Notes: generated by a model from the letters alone, not told the origin. A DNA stretch of 64,000 nucleotides from an uncultured delta proteobacterium (GCA_963737905.1 CAVTUQ010000002.1:655382-719381), one strand, 5' to 3'; shown: positions 29,785 through 42,638, counted from the first letter of the stretch. Translations and numbers: made by a program.

Positions 29785-30345
29785 ATGAGCAACGGCGAAA
29801 AACGAGACATTGCAGTTTTTGGTGGCGGTTGTTTCTGGTGTACGGAGGCGGTCTTCGATGAACTAAGGGGCGTGATCTCGGTGGTGTCGGGTTACGCTGG
29901 AGGCAATACCAAAAATCCGACGTATGAACAAGTTTGCTCGGGAGACACGGGTCATGCAGAAGTGATCCGCATCCAATTCGATCCGACCCAGATTTCCTTC
30001 GGTGATCTGATGACCGTATTCTTCGCGACTCACGATCCGACGACGCTCAATCGTCAGGGCAATGATGTCGGCACGCAATATCGTTCGGCGATTTTTTATG
30101 CCGACGAGGAACAAAAGCAGGAAGCAGAAGCTTTTATAAAGGAACTCAATGATTCAAAAGCCTTTGGCAAGCCGGTTGTTACGACAGTGGAACCTCTCGG
30201 GGAGTTCTATGAAGCCGAAGACTATCATCAGAAATACTATGCGAATAATCCCTACCAGCCTTATTGCCAGTATATGATTCCGCCCAAGCTGAACAAGTTG
30301 CACAAACAATTCAGCGCGCTCCTGAAGTCGCACGGCAAGTCCTAA
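29785..30345 (+). CDS. msrA: Peptide-methionine (S)-S-oxide reductase
   Basis: [30 protein letters not shown]. Confidence 0.97.
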   Translation: MSNGEKRDIAVFGGGCFWCTEAVFDELRGVISVVSGYAGGNTKNPTYEQVCSGDTGHAEVIRIQFDPTQISFGDLMTVFFATHDPTTLNRQGNDVGTQYRSAIFYADEEQKQEAEAFIKELNDSKAFGKPVVTTVEPLGEFYEAEDYHQKYYANNPYQPYCQYMIPPKLNKLHKQFSALLKSHGKS

Positions 30346-30395
30346 AAGGCTGTCTCTGGGAATTTATCAAGGGCTGCTCTGTAGATTTGATCGAG

Positions 30396-31451
30396 TTAGA
30401 TCCAACCCAACGACAACAGGACCGCGGTCCCGGCCATGATGATCAAGCCGAGAGGGACGCCAAGACGCGCCCACTCGGTGCTTTTGATGTGCAACGCGTG
30501 GGCGGCGATGATATTCGGAATATTTCCCGGAATGAGCATCCCGCCGGAGATCAACAGGCCCAGTAGCGCGCTCTTGATTTGAGCTTCGGTCAACGACGGA
30601 CCGATTTCGGCCGCCGCTAGAGTGGCATTGTCCAGGACGGCCGATACCATGTTCATCCAGAACAGAGCTTGGAAGGACATTTTTATCAGATAGGCGTCGA
30701 TGAGCGGCTTGAAGCCGGCGCCCAGAAAGATCAGGGCCATGACAAAAACGTAGACCTTCGCCGCCCGCTTAAAGACCTCGCTTAGTTTTTCTTCTCCTTC
30801 CTCGGCTGCGAGAGAGGCTTCGGTATCATCCATGACTTGGCGCACAAGAAATATTCCAACTATGCTCAAGGCGATGACCGCCGGAACTACGTATGGGGCT
30901 AGAAATTTAGCCAAGTAACCGAAGCCAGCGTGATACGGCGCACCACTCAGCTTGGATACCACGATGGTGGAAAGCGGCTCTCCTAGGGGAGTCAGGGCTG
31001 CCCCAAGACCGATCGCAAAGCAAGCGATGATCGTCAAGTTAACCTCGGCTTGCCGGTGCAGCGGCAAAACCGTGATCAACTCCACCAAGAGCAAGGCGGC
31101 GATGATGGCTGAAATGATGCTTGAGAGGAGACTCAGGATCACAATCCCTGCGCACACGATAGCAGGAAGAGGAACAGTGATCAGCACACGTCGCATTCCT
31201 CTGTCCAGGAACCTTCGCGTATAGTGAAAGAGCACACCCGCCACGAGAACGGCTAGGGTGATATTGATCGGCGCAACGAACCCTTCGTGGATAACCTCCG
31301 AAGTCCAAGCGTTGGAGAAAGTTGCGCTGACGGCTCCCATTACGAAGAGAAAGATTTCCAGATTACTTTCGATCCACCTGTTTAAAAAAGGGCCGATAAG
31401 CACAACCGAGAAGATTATCGTGAGGCCGAACGTCAGTGTGCTGCTGTCCAT
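30396..31451 (-). CDS. DUF1646 family membrane protein (putative cation transporter)
   Basis: GAALTPLGEPLSTI, SAVLDNATLAAAEI, GGMLIPGNIPNII. Confidence 0.85.
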   Translation of the reverse strand: MDSSTLTFGLTIIFSVVLIGPFLNRWIESNLEIFLFVMGAVSATFSNAWTSEVIHEGFVAPINITLAVLVAGVLFHYTRRFLDRGMRRVLITVPLPAIVCAGIVILSLLSSIISAIIAALLLVELITVLPLHRQAEVNLTIIACFAIGLGAALTPLGEPLSTIVVSKLSGAPYHAGFGYLAKFLAPYVVPAVIALSIVGIFLVRQVMDDTEASLAAEEGEEKLSEVFKRAAKVYVFVMALIFLGAGFKPLIDAYLIKMSFQALFWMNMVSAVLDNATLAAAEIGPSLTEAQIKSALLGLLISGGMLIPGNIPNIIAAHALHIKSTEWARLGVPLGLIIMAGTAVLLSLGWI

Positions 31452-31853
31452 GGATTAGCTTCTATGACATCGTCCACACTAAGAAGCAATGCGGATGCCG
31501 CTGCTTGAGTCGATAAGCTTGCCAGGAAAAGGGCGTGATGTGGTTCTTAAATTTTATCTAGAAATATCCTGTTTCCGTTGATAAGGTGAGAAAAATTCGT
31601 TCACGAAAGTCAGTTATGAACCGAAAAACGCGGTTTACCCACGCGACCTTGATCGCGCTAACAACTGACTGCTCATTGCGCGGGCTGCCTGCGCCCAAGA
31701 AATGAGCTTGTGTGATTGTTTAGAACGCGCTCCTCAGGGTTATGGCCCGGATTTGAGTGGGGCAGGACGTGTCGGGTTTCCGAGTTTGTGGTTTGGAATT
31801 GAATCATAGGTGGAGAATCGAAGCTGAATTTAGGTCGTTTCAGGAGGTAGCCC

Positions 31854-32858
31854 ATGGTAATCAGGTTTGCTTTCCTGCTTGTGCTCTTGGTGTTTTGGTC
31901 CAGGCTCTCTTTCGGGCAATCGCCTGAGATTTTGAGCCAAGCCAAAAAAGAGGGCGAGGTGATTCTCTACACGACGATGACAGTGCGGGACTTCGAGTTT
32001 TTCAGCAAGGCCGCCAAGGAAAAATATCCGTTTCTCAATATCCGCCATGTCTACCTTAGCTCAGGCCGGCAGGTGGCGCGCGTCATGCAAGAGTTTCGGG
32101 CGGGTAGAGTACAGGCGGATGTTTTGGGCAACAGTCCGGATCCACTGCTGTACTTTAAGGCACAGGGCGTAACCGGTCCTTACCGTTCTTTGGAAAGTAA
32201 GAATTTGCTTCAGGGCGCGTGGGACACGGACGGCTACTGGTCCGGCATCACGACGGACCTGCTTCTTACCGGATTTAATCCCCGAATGATTTCTAAGGCA
32301 GCGGTGCCTAAGAATTACGATGACTATCTGAAGCCCCAATTCAAGGGGCAAATGGCTATCAATCGTGGGACACCTTATCCATTGTCCGGCATGGTTTCCC
32401 TGCTAGGGGAGGAGCAGGGGATTGCTTACTTCAGGAAGCTCAGCCAGCAAGATCTGAGACCAGTCGAAGGTTACACCCACAACGTCAATATGATGGCCGC
32501 AGGGGAATACCCGCTGACGATCTTTATGCAGGTCTCCAAGCTCGACGCCATGAAGCGAAAAGAGGCGCCCGTCGACTGGGTTGCCAGCTCGCCGACTCTG
32601 GCGACAATTTCCACTGTCGCGATGATCAAGAATCCGCTCCATCCGGCGGCGGCGCAGCTGCTCATTGACTTCTATCTGTCCCCGGAAGGGCAACGGGCAC
32701 TTGCGTCGGCTGGAAAAATTCCACTTCGTCGCGGTGTCAGGAGCGAGTCTCCCGACGTCGACCAGCTTATGGAAAGCGGCAATCTACACGTCCTACGGCC
32801 CGAGGGCGGCTATGACCGGTACATGAAGATGTACAGCGATTTCTTGGGCATTCGCTGA
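31854..32858 (+). CDS. ABC extracellular solute-binding protein (AfuA/Fe3+/thiamine-like)
   Basis: Signal peptide, AKKEGEVILYT, PQFKG, AAGEYP, HPAAAQLLIDFYLSPEGQ. Confidence 0.88.
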   Translation: MVIRFAFLLVLLVFWSRLSFGQSPEILSQAKKEGEVILYTTMTVRDFEFFSKAAKEKYPFLNIRHVYLSSGRQVARVMQEFRAGRVQADVLGNSPDPLLYFKAQGVTGPYRSLESKNLLQGAWDTDGYWSGITTDLLLTGFNPRMISKAAVPKNYDDYLKPQFKGQMAINRGTPYPLSGMVSLLGEEQGIAYFRKLSQQDLRPVEGYTHNVNMMAAGEYPLTIFMQVSKLDAMKRKEAPVDWVASSPTLATISTVAMIKNPLHPAAAQLLIDFYLSPEGQRALASAGKIPLRRGVRSESPDVDQLMESGNLHVLRPEGGYDRYMKMYSDFLGIR

Positions 32859-32962
32859 GTTTGGCGCCGCTCTCGAATAAGCCGAGAATTCTCGGCCTGT
32901 CCCACCAGATCTCGATAAAGGGCGTTGCAAAGCGATCGGAGTGAAGTCACAAGGAGAAAACA

Positions 32963-34036
32963 ATGGATCCATCCACTGAAGGCATGACACGCGTTGATCA
33001 CCGCAAGCTACGCCGCTTGTTGGTCGCATCCTTCGAAAAATTCGGTGTGTCAAGGAGCGATGCCGAGGTTGCGGCGAATGCCCTGGTGATGGCTGATCTC
33101 CGCGGCGTGGACACGCATGGAGTCATCCGGTTTAACCCGTATAGCTGGTATGTAAAGTGGCTCAGCGAGGGTTCCATGAAAGCCAAGCCAGACATCAAAA
33201 TGATCTGTGAGACCCCGTCCTCGGCGCTCTTGGACGGCGACCGCGGTATCGGCATGGTCATCGGTCACCGCGCGATGGAATTGGCGATTCGCAAAGCCAA
33301 AGAGTCGGGCGTGGCCATGGTGGGTGTGCGTAATAGCCGGCACTTCGGCATGTCGGCAAACTACGCGATGCAGGCGTTGCCGCACAATATGATCGGCATC
33401 GCTATGACCAATGCGAGCAGACAGGTGGTTCCAACCTTCGGCCGCGAAGCCAGGTTTGGCACCAACCCGATGTGCTTCGCGGTGCCGGCCGATAAGGAGC
33501 TACCGTTTGTCTTGGACATGGCAACCACGACAGCGGCCGCTGGGAAGCTCGAGTTGGCAGCGCGCCTAGGAAAGTCTGTTCCCGCCGGTTGGGCCCTCAA
33601 TCAGCAAGCCGAGCAAACGACGGATCCGCGAACCGCACAGAAGGCGCGGCGATTATTACCCCTCGGCGGATCGCGCGAAGGCGGCAGCCATAAGGGCTAT
33701 GGGCTCGCCATTCTCGTGGAAATTCTTTGCGGTGTGCTGACGGGGACGATGACCGCGCTTAACGCCGATCAAGATCCGCGCGGTCATTTCTTTGGCGCGA
33801 TTCGCATCGATTCCTTTCGGCCTGCCCATGAATTCAAGCAAGACATGGACAGATTGATTCGAGAGTTGAAATCTACGCCGCCCATCGAAGGCCAAGAGCG
33901 CGTTTACGTGGCGGGCGAGATTGAATTCGAGACCGCACATGAAAGAGTCGAGCATGGCATCCCGTTGCACAGCACGGTGCTTAAAGGCTTGCGCGAAGTG
34001 AGCGAGCAGCTTTCACTCCTCTACGATCTAGAGTAA
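32963..34036 (+). CDS. Ldh_2 family oxidoreductase (malate/L-lactate/sulfolactate/ureidoglycolate dehydrogenase-like)
   Basis: ADLRGVDTHG, NSRHFG, GTNP, LDMAT, HKGYGL. Confidence 0.92.
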   Translation: MDPSTEGMTRVDHRKLRRLLVASFEKFGVSRSDAEVAANALVMADLRGVDTHGVIRFNPYSWYVKWLSEGSMKAKPDIKMICETPSSALLDGDRGIGMVIGHRAMELAIRKAKESGVAMVGVRNSRHFGMSANYAMQALPHNMIGIAMTNASRQVVPTFGREARFGTNPMCFAVPADKELPFVLDMATTTAAAGKLELAARLGKSVPAGWALNQQAEQTTDPRTAQKARRLLPLGGSREGGSHKGYGLAILVEILCGVLTGTMTALNADQDPRGHFFGAIRIDSFRPAHEFKQDMDRLIRELKSTPPIEGQERVYVAGEIEFETAHERVEHGIPLHSTVLKGLREVSEQLSLLYDLE

Positions 34037-34083
34037 AACATGGGTAGCATCGGCTCAACACGCTCTCCCCAGCGCGCCGAATC

Positions 34084-34683
34084 CTAATAGCTCCCGCGTG
34101 AGATGATCACTTCCTGAAGCACCACTTCCTTAATCGGCCGGTCACGAAAATCCCGTGGCACGTTGGCGATGGCATCGACGACGTTTTGGCCTCTGACGAC
34201 TTCGCCGAATACGCTGTGTTTACTGTCGAGCCATGGTGTTGCTTTCTGAATGATGAAGAATTGACTACCGTTCGTATTGGGCCCCGCGTTAGCCATGGAC
34301 AAGATGCCAGGTTTGGAGTGCTTAAGATCGGGATTGAATTCGTCTTCGAAGCGATATCCAGGACCGCCGGTGCCGTTGCCCAACGGATCGCCGCCCTGGA
34401 TCATAAATCCCGGGATGACGCGATGAAAAATTGTGCCGTTGTAGAGCGGCCGCTTCACTTTCGCTGCTGTCTTCGGGTCGGTCCATTCCTTAGTGCCCGA
34501 CGCTAGATCGACGAAGTTGGCGACCGTCTTCGGCGCCTTGTCCTCAAATAGTTGGATCACGATGTCGCCCATACTGGTTTTCAACGTGGCGTAAAGCGGC
34601 CCTTTCTTATCTTGAGCCTCGCCGGCGGATGTGCTCGACGTTCCGAGCAACAATAGTGTAATCAACAGCAAGTTTCTAATCAT
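34084..34683 (-). CDS. Cyclophilin-type peptidyl-prolyl isomerase, secreted
   Basis: [35 protein letters not shown]; signal peptide. Confidence 0.95.
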   Translation of the reverse strand: MIRNLLLITLLLLGTSSTSAGEAQDKKGPLYATLKTSMGDIVIQLFEDKAPKTVANFVDLASGTKEWTDPKTAAKVKRPLYNGTIFHRVIPGFMIQGGDPLGNGTGGPGYRFEDEFNPDLKHSKPGILSMANAGPNTNGSQFFIIQKATPWLDSKHSVFGEVVRGQNVVDAIANVPRDFRDRPIKEVVLQEVIISRGSY

Positions 34684-34765
34684 CGTCTCCTCTTTTCTAG
34701 TTGCACAACTGCTCCTTCTTCATTACTCTTGGCAAGTGTCGGATTTTAGCGTGAGGCTCGCTCTT

Positions 34766-34794
34766 TTGACAATGGGTTCCCTGGATGCTATAGA
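34766..34794 (+). promoter_or_regulatory. Putative sigma70 promoter of bactofilin (possibly also the atp genes)
   Basis: TTGACA-17bp-TATAGA with extended TG. Confidence 0.55.
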
Positions 34795-34826
34795 CCAATT
34801 TTGTCCCGAGCAAGGGGTCTCTTGTT

Positions 34827-35372
34827 ATGAATTGGTTTGATCGAAGCCATGTTGGCAAAAAAGAGCCTCAGAAAACTGACAAGAAGCCCGATGTGGTGCA
34901 GCCGATTCCCGACCCGGCTCCAGCTGAAGCCGGACCATCGCTAGCCCTTGCGCCACGCGGGCTCGTTGGCTACCTGTACAAAGGGAGCCGAGTAACGGGT
35001 CAATTGACATTTCAGGGTTCTGCCAGAATAGAGGGCAATGTTGATGGGGAAATCCAGTGTCACGGCACCCTAACGATCGGGGAACGTGCTGAAGTTCGGG
35101 CGAAAATTTCCGGCGATGTTGTCGTTATCCGTGGAAGGGTAGAAGGCAACGTAGTAGCCAAAGAAAAGGTGGAGTTGGTAGCTCCGGCTCGATTGTTTGG
35201 TAATATCGATGCCCCCCGATTGGTCATCACGGAGGGGGTCGTGTTTGATGGTGACTGCTCCATGGGAGTGGCCAGGCAAAAAGGTGGAATCGCAGGTTCA
35301 CAGAATCTGAATGCTGACAAAGCTGCGGCAGCTAAAACGGTGAAGCTGCAACAAGTGGATTTCGAGAAATAG
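34827..35372 (+). CDS. Bactofilin (polymer-forming cytoskeletal protein)
   Basis: Beta-helix repeats: G-L-F-G-ARIEG-V-GEI, LTIGERAEV, GRVEGNV, ITEGVVFDG. Confidence 0.92.
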   Translation: MNWFDRSHVGKKEPQKTDKKPDVVQPIPDPAPAEAGPSLALAPRGLVGYLYKGSRVTGQLTFQGSARIEGNVDGEIQCHGTLTIGERAEVRAKISGDVVVIRGRVEGNVVAKEKVELVAPARLFGNIDAPRLVITEGVVFDGDCSMGVARQKGGIAGSQNLNADKAAAAKTVKLQQVDFEK

Positions 35373-35522
35373 ACTTCGTTTCGCGGTTCATTCCATCCCT
35401 GCATCCTAAGTTCATAGATAGACCGATTGTGAGGGCGGTTTCTTCCAATTGGGCGTTGATTGCTCTTTGCCCGATCGGATTGAAACAAGGACGAAAACGC
35501 AGCTGATCTCAAAAATTAGGCA

Positions 35523-35951
35523 ATGATCTCCCTAGACTATTCTATCGTTTATCAAATCGTTCTTTTTTTGGTCCTTTTTGTCATCCTGAGTAAGGTTCTC
35601 TTCCGTCCCTACTTGAACCTGCTGGAAGAACGCGAACGTAGAACCACGGGAGCCCAGCACGATTCGACGGACTTGGAACATGAAGGGGCTCGATTGCGCG
35701 TGCAATACGAAGAGAAAATCGCCCAAGGACAGGCAGCGGGCTACGCAGCCAAGGAGGCGATCCGGCAAGAAGCCCACCAGCAACGCGAAAGAGTTTTGAC
35801 TCAAGCCCGCGAGGAGGCGATGGTGATGCTCGAAGGGGTACGGCGGGAAGTGGAGAGCCAGATACAGAAAGAAAAGCAATTCGCCGCAGCTGAGGTCGGA
35901 ACGATAGCACAGGAGATGGCGAGCAAGGTCCTCGGGAGGAACGTGGGGTGA
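35523..35951 (+). CDS. atpF: ATP synthase Fo subunit b'
   Basis: N-terminal TM helix, LFRPYLNLLEERE, coiled coil, KVLGR end. Confidence 0.88.
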   Translation: MISLDYSIVYQIVLFLVLFVILSKVLFRPYLNLLEERERRTTGAQHDSTDLEHEGARLRVQYEEKIAQGQAAGYAAKEAIRQEAHQQRERVLTQAREEAMVMLEGVRREVESQIQKEKQFAAAEVGTIAQEMASKVLGRNVG

Positions 35952-36496
35952 GTTTTTTCGAGCTCTTTGGCGTTGCACAAGCATTGGCTTCCACGGCTGA
36001 AGCGGAGCACCACGCGCCGTCTATTCATGAAATCTGGTTCCCGCTCGGTAATTTTCTTATTTTTGCTTTTATCATCATTCGTTACGCGCTGCCGCCAGTC
36101 CGTAACTTTCTCCGATCGCGACGCGACGAAGTCCTAACGACGCTCCAGGAGGCTGCCGCCAAAAAGCAGCAGGCGGAGGCGATGGTCCAAGACTACAAGG
36201 GTCGACTGGCACGAGTGGAACAGGAGCTTCAGTCCATCGCAGCGTCGCTCCGGGCTGAGGGCGAAAGGGAGAAGGCAAAGCTCCTGAGCGACGCGCAGAT
36301 TCTCTCCGCCAAGATAAAGGAGGATGCACGGTTTCTGGCGGATCAAGAAGTCAGAGTGGCGCGGCAAAAAATCCGTGAAGAAATGGCCGCCGAGGCCGAA
36401 GCCAGGGCTCGGGAGCTGGTCCAACACCATCTTTCTTCAACTGATCAGGGGCGCTTGGTCGAAGATTTCATTCAAAGCATCGGACAGGTTACATGA
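35948..36496 (+). CDS. atpF: ATP synthase Fo subunit b
   Basis: NFLIF TM helix, coiled coil, DQGRLVEDFI. Confidence 0.88.
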   Translation: MSFFELFGVAQALASTAEAEHHAPSIHEIWFPLGNFLIFAFIIIRYALPPVRNFLRSRRDEVLTTLQEAAAKKQQAEAMVQDYKGRLARVEQELQSIAASLRAEGEREKAKLLSDAQILSAKIKEDARFLADQEVRVARQKIREEMAAEAEARARELVQHHLSSTDQGRLVEDFIQSIGQVT

Positions 36497-37035
36497 TCGA
36501 AGGCGGTTTAAGTCGGAGATATACCAAGGCGCTCTTTCAGTTGGCTCGCGAGGCGGGGCAAGAAGAGAAAATCGGCCAGGAGATTGAAAGCTTTCTCGGT
36601 GCCTATACAAGCTCAGAGTTGCAGAAGGTCTTGACCAATCCCGCCTTTGTAATAGACAGCCGCAAGAGAGTCGTCATCGAAGTATCGAACCAGCTGCAAC
36701 TTTCGATTTTGGCGATTCACTTCCTTTTGCTCTTGCTGGAGCGTGATCGACTGACTTATCTTCCCTCGATTGCTACTCGTTACCGTCGCTTGCTGAATGA
36801 AAGCAAGGGTCGTGTGGAGGCCAAAGTTGTCAGCCCTAATTCGCTGGAGCCGGTGATGGTGGATCGGCTACGTGAAGTACTGCATCGAATCTCGGGCAAA
36901 GAAATAGTGCTGCAGCAGGAGACGGACGCCAGCCTCATCGGTGGTGTTCTGGTAGAGTTCGAAGGCAAGGTTTATGACGGCAGTGTGCGGACACAGCTCG
37001 CTAATATGAAACAGCGCATCGCGCGCGGATACTAA
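36493..37035 (+). CDS. atpH: ATP synthase F1 delta
   Basis: [24 protein letters not shown]. Confidence 0.94.
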   Translation: MIEGGLSRRYTKALFQLAREAGQEEKIGQEIESFLGAYTSSELQKVLTNPAFVIDSRKRVVIEVSNQLQLSILAIHFLLLLLERDRLTYLPSIATRYRRLLNESKGRVEAKVVSPNSLEPVMVDRLREVLHRISGKEIVLQQETDASLIGGVLVEFEGKVYDGSVRTQLANMKQRIARGY

Positions 37036-37049
37036 GGAGCGATCTATTT

Positions 37050-38558
37050 ATGGAGATCGGGACAGCGGAGATTAGCCGGATCATAAAGGAACAGATCCGG
37101 GACTACGAAAAGTCGGTTGAGGTCCAGGAGATCGGGACGGTTCTTTCGACTGGGGATGGCATTGCCCGCGTATACGGGCTGGACAAAGTCGCGGCAGGTG
37201 AGCTGTTAGAATTTCCTCATGGTATTTTTGGCGTCGCGCTGAACCTCGAAGAGGACAATGTCGGAACCGCTCTCTTCGGCGAAACCCATATGATCAAAGA
37301 GGGTGACACCGTCAAGCGCACCGGGAGGATTGCTGAGGTGCCTGTAGGCCAGGGATTGATCGGACGCGTGGTCAATGCCTTAGGCGAGGCTATTGACGGC
37401 CGTGGCCCCATCGACACGAAGGATCGCCGCAGGATCGAGATCAAAGCCCCTGGTATCGTCGCACGCCAGCCGGTTAAGGAGCCTCTCCAAACGGGATTGA
37501 AGGCTATTGACGGCATGATTCCCATCGGTCGCGGGCAGCGGGAATTAATCATCGGCGATCGGCAGACAGGCAAAACCGCGGTGGCCATCGACACGATCAT
37601 CAACCAAAAAGGCGGCAATGTAGTGTGCATCTATGTCGCCATCGGCCAAAAGAGATCGACTGTTGCACAAGTCGTCGATAAACTCCGAGAATCCGGCGCC
37701 ATGGAGTTTACCATTGTGGTTGCCGCCACGGCTTCCGAGTCGGCTCCGCTCCAATATATCGCTCCCTATAGCGGTTGCACCATGGGCGAGCACATTCGTG
37801 ACAATGGCGGCCATGCTCTCCTGATCTATGACGATCTTTCGAAGCACGCCGTCGCCTATCGTCAGCTTTCTCTGCTGCTGCGTCGGCCGCCCGGACGTGA
37901 GGCGTTTCCCGGGGACGTGTTTTATCTCCACTCTCGGTTGCTGGAACGCGCTGCGAAGATGAGCGATGCCCGCGGCGGCGGATCGCTGACGGCGCTCCCG
38001 ATCATTGAAACCCAAGCCGGTGACGTTTCTGCCTACATTCCGACCAACGTGATTTCCATCACCGACGGACAGATCTTTCTGGAAAGCGATCTTTTCTATT
38101 CCGGTGTCAGGCCGGCCATCAACGTCGGTATATCGGTCTCCCGGGTCGGCGGCAATGCTCAGATCAAGGCGATGAAACAGGTCGCGGGAACCCTACGGCT
38201 GGAACTCGCGCAGTATCGTGAAATGGCGGCCTTCGCGCAATTCGGATCGGACTTGGACCAAGCGACTCAGCGCCAGCTCAATCGGGGTGCTCGTCTCGTC
38301 GAGCTATTAAAACAGGGGCAGTACGAGCCCCTGCCGGTGGAAAAACAGATCCTGATCATCTACGCCGGTACCAACGGTTTCGTTGATGAATTGCCTTTGA
38401 CGGCACTGAAAAAATATGAGCAGGAACTTTATTCTTTCGTCGAATCCAGACACCAGGATATTTTCGCGGACATTCTCAAGAAGCGCGAACTGGATAGTGA
38501 CCTCCGTGCCAAGATGAACAAGACGCTGGAGGAGTTCAAAGCGGTTTTTAAACATTAG
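37050..38558 (+). CDS. atpA: ATP synthase F1 alpha
   Basis: [31 protein letters not shown]. Confidence 0.99.
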   Translation: MEIGTAEISRIIKEQIRDYEKSVEVQEIGTVLSTGDGIARVYGLDKVAAGELLEFPHGIFGVALNLEEDNVGTALFGETHMIKEGDTVKRTGRIAEVPVGQGLIGRVVNALGEAIDGRGPIDTKDRRRIEIKAPGIVARQPVKEPLQTGLKAIDGMIPIGRGQRELIIGDRQTGKTAVAIDTIINQKGGNVVCIYVAIGQKRSTVAQVVDKLRESGAMEFTIVVAATASESAPLQYIAPYSGCTMGEHIRDNGGHALLIYDDLSKHAVAYRQLSLLLRRPPGREAFPGDVFYLHSRLLERAAKMSDARGGGSLTALPIIETQAGDVSAYIPTNVISITDGQIFLESDLFYSGVRPAINVGISVSRVGGNAQIKAMKQVAGTLRLELAQYREMAAFAQFGSDLDQATQRQLNRGARLVELLKQGQYEPLPVEKQILIIYAGTNGFVDELPLTALKKYEQELYSFVESRHQDIFADILKKRELDSDLRAKMNKTLEEFKAVFKH

Positions 38559-38588
38559 ATTTCAGGGGTTTCTGGTGGATAAGGGATA

Positions 38589-40884
<2,296 letters not shown>

Positions 40885-40908
40885 CGCGGCTGAGGCGAAG
40901 TTAGCGAC

Positions 40909-40941
40909 TTGAACTGCTTGAACGATTTGAACCTTTTGAAC
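40909..40941 (+). repeat. Tandem TTGAAC repeat, four copies, 9-bp period
   Basis: TTGAAC at 40909, 40918, 40927, 40936 in the atpD-atpC spacer. Confidence 0.75.
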
Positions 40942-41020
40942 GAGAAGCTGACTTTCATTCCAGCCGTCAAAGCATTCAACGGGTTACAGGTGAAACAGCG
41001 ACGTTTGTGACTGAAAAAAG

Positions 41021-41437
41021 ATGGCTGACAAAATCAGACTTAGAGTAGTAACGCCGAGCCGGCTTCTGCTCGATGATGTAGTCGATGAGATCACGGCCCC
41101 GGGCGCCTTGGGCGAGTTTGGTGTTTTGCCGAACCATATCGCTTTTCTTACTCTTTTGGTGCCCGGCGAGATGAGCTATAAAGAGGGGACAACCAGGCAT
41201 TACCTGGCCGTCAGTGGGGGCTATGCCGAGGTATTGGATAATGTTATGACCGTACTGGCTCCCGCGGCCGAATTTGCAGGCGAGATCGATACAGGTCGCG
41301 CACGTCAAGCCAAGGAGTTTGCTGAAATTAGGATCGGGGAGCTAAACTACGAAGATAAAGAGTTCAAAACCGCCGAAGCAGCGCTTCTTTGGGCGAATGC
41401 TCGACTCGATGTCGCTGCTAGAGAAGCGAGAAAATAG
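41021..41437 (+). CDS. atpC: ATP synthase F1 epsilon
   Basis: VVTP, GEFGVLPNH, VSGGYAEV. Confidence 0.96.
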   Translation: MADKIRLRVVTPSRLLLDDVVDEITAPGALGEFGVLPNHIAFLTLLVPGEMSYKEGTTRHYLAVSGGYAEVLDNVMTVLAPAAEFAGEIDTGRARQAKEFAEIRIGELNYEDKEFKTAEAALLWANARLDVAAREARK

Positions 41438-41451
41438 ATAAAGGAGGTCTT

Positions 41452-42600
41452 ATGGCTAAAGTAGCTCAACCAGAACCCATGAAACAAGAGCCCGTCATTA
41501 CGATGTGGAGCAAAGAATTCACCTATGATCGGTGGATGAAAACGAAGGGGATTCCGATTCATACCGGTTATTTTATCCCGGATTTGCGTACCATCGAGCT
41601 GGAGTGGTGGGAAGAACGGGGATGCAAAGCGGCTTTCATCCAACTGCTCGGGCAAGAAGGCGTCAGTGCGTCGCGTGTAACGGAAATTCCCGCCGGCAAA
41701 TCGCTGCCGCCGGTGAAATTTGCTTTGGATGAGATTGTCTATGTTTTATCGGGCCGCGGCCTCACGACGGTTTGGGGTGGAGAAGCCAAACCCAAGAAAA
41801 GCTTCGAGTGGCAGGAGCATGCTTTATTTCTGGTTCCACGCAATCATTACCACGTTTTCAGCAATATGCAGGGCGACAAGCCCGTCCGGCTGTTCCACTA
41901 CAGTTATATGCCCATGGCGATGTCCGCGCTGCCGGAACCCGACATGTATTTCAATAATCCCTATGAATCAAAAAATGGCGCAACCGAAGGGGATTTTTAT
42001 TCCGAGGCAAAGATGGTTCAGGCAGCCGACGCCGATGAAGGTTTGGGTATGCGGGCGTTCTGGTACGGTAATTTCTTTCCGGATATGCGAGCGTGGAACA
42101 AGCTGGACGCCAACGAGCGGCGCGGTGCTGGCGGCAAGAGCGTTTTTATCCAGTTTCCCAATTCAGAACTAACCGCACATATGTCTGTCTTCGCACCGAA
42201 AACCTACAAGAAAGCGCACCGGCATGGTCCGGGTCGCGCCATCATTATTCCGGCCGGGGAAGGCTATTCGATCATGTGGGAGGAAGGCAAAGAGAAGATC
42301 GTGTGCCCGTGGCACGAATGCAGCATGGTCACGCCGCCTAACAAATGGTTCCACCAACATTTCAATGCCGGCGGCGACATGGCGCGCTACCTGGCACTCC
42401 ATCCGCCGATGCAGTTTCATGGGCATGCGGAGAAAATCGAAGACCGCGCCAAAGACCAGATCGAATATCCGAACGAGGATCCCTATATTCGTCAGAAGTT
42501 CGAAGAGGAGCTGGGGAAGCGGGGCATCAAGAGCATCATGCCCGCTGAATGCTATACCAATCCGGACTACGAGTGGTCCAAGGCCATGGGGAAGCAATAA
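41452..42600 (+). CDS. Bicupin (gentisate-dioxygenase-like fold), paralog 1
   Basis: Two cupin barrels: EIVYVLSGRG...FEW...P.NHYH and KKAHRHGPG...GEGYS...WFHQHFN. Confidence 0.85.
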   Translation: MAKVAQPEPMKQEPVITMWSKEFTYDRWMKTKGIPIHTGYFIPDLRTIELEWWEERGCKAAFIQLLGQEGVSASRVTEIPAGKSLPPVKFALDEIVYVLSGRGLTTVWGGEAKPKKSFEWQEHALFLVPRNHYHVFSNMQGDKPVRLFHYSYMPMAMSALPEPDMYFNNPYESKNGATEGDFYSEAKMVQAADADEGLGMRAFWYGNFFPDMRAWNKLDANERRGAGGKSVFIQFPNSELTAHMSVFAPKTYKKAHRHGPGRAIIIPAGEGYSIMWEEGKEKIVCPWHECSMVTPPNKWFHQHFNAGGDMARYLALHPPMQFHGHAEKIEDRAKDQIEYPNEDPYIRQKFEEELGKRGIKSIMPAECYTNPDYEWSKAMGKQ

Positions 42601-42638
42601 GCGATCAGGCGGCAGCGATTCCCAAAAGTCAAATGAAT

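Noticed and set aside
31452-31853. Known Na+ (DUF1646) riboswitch upstream of the DUF1646 gene
   Set aside because: I could not match the consensus by eye; kept only as an unassigned structured-RNA candidate.
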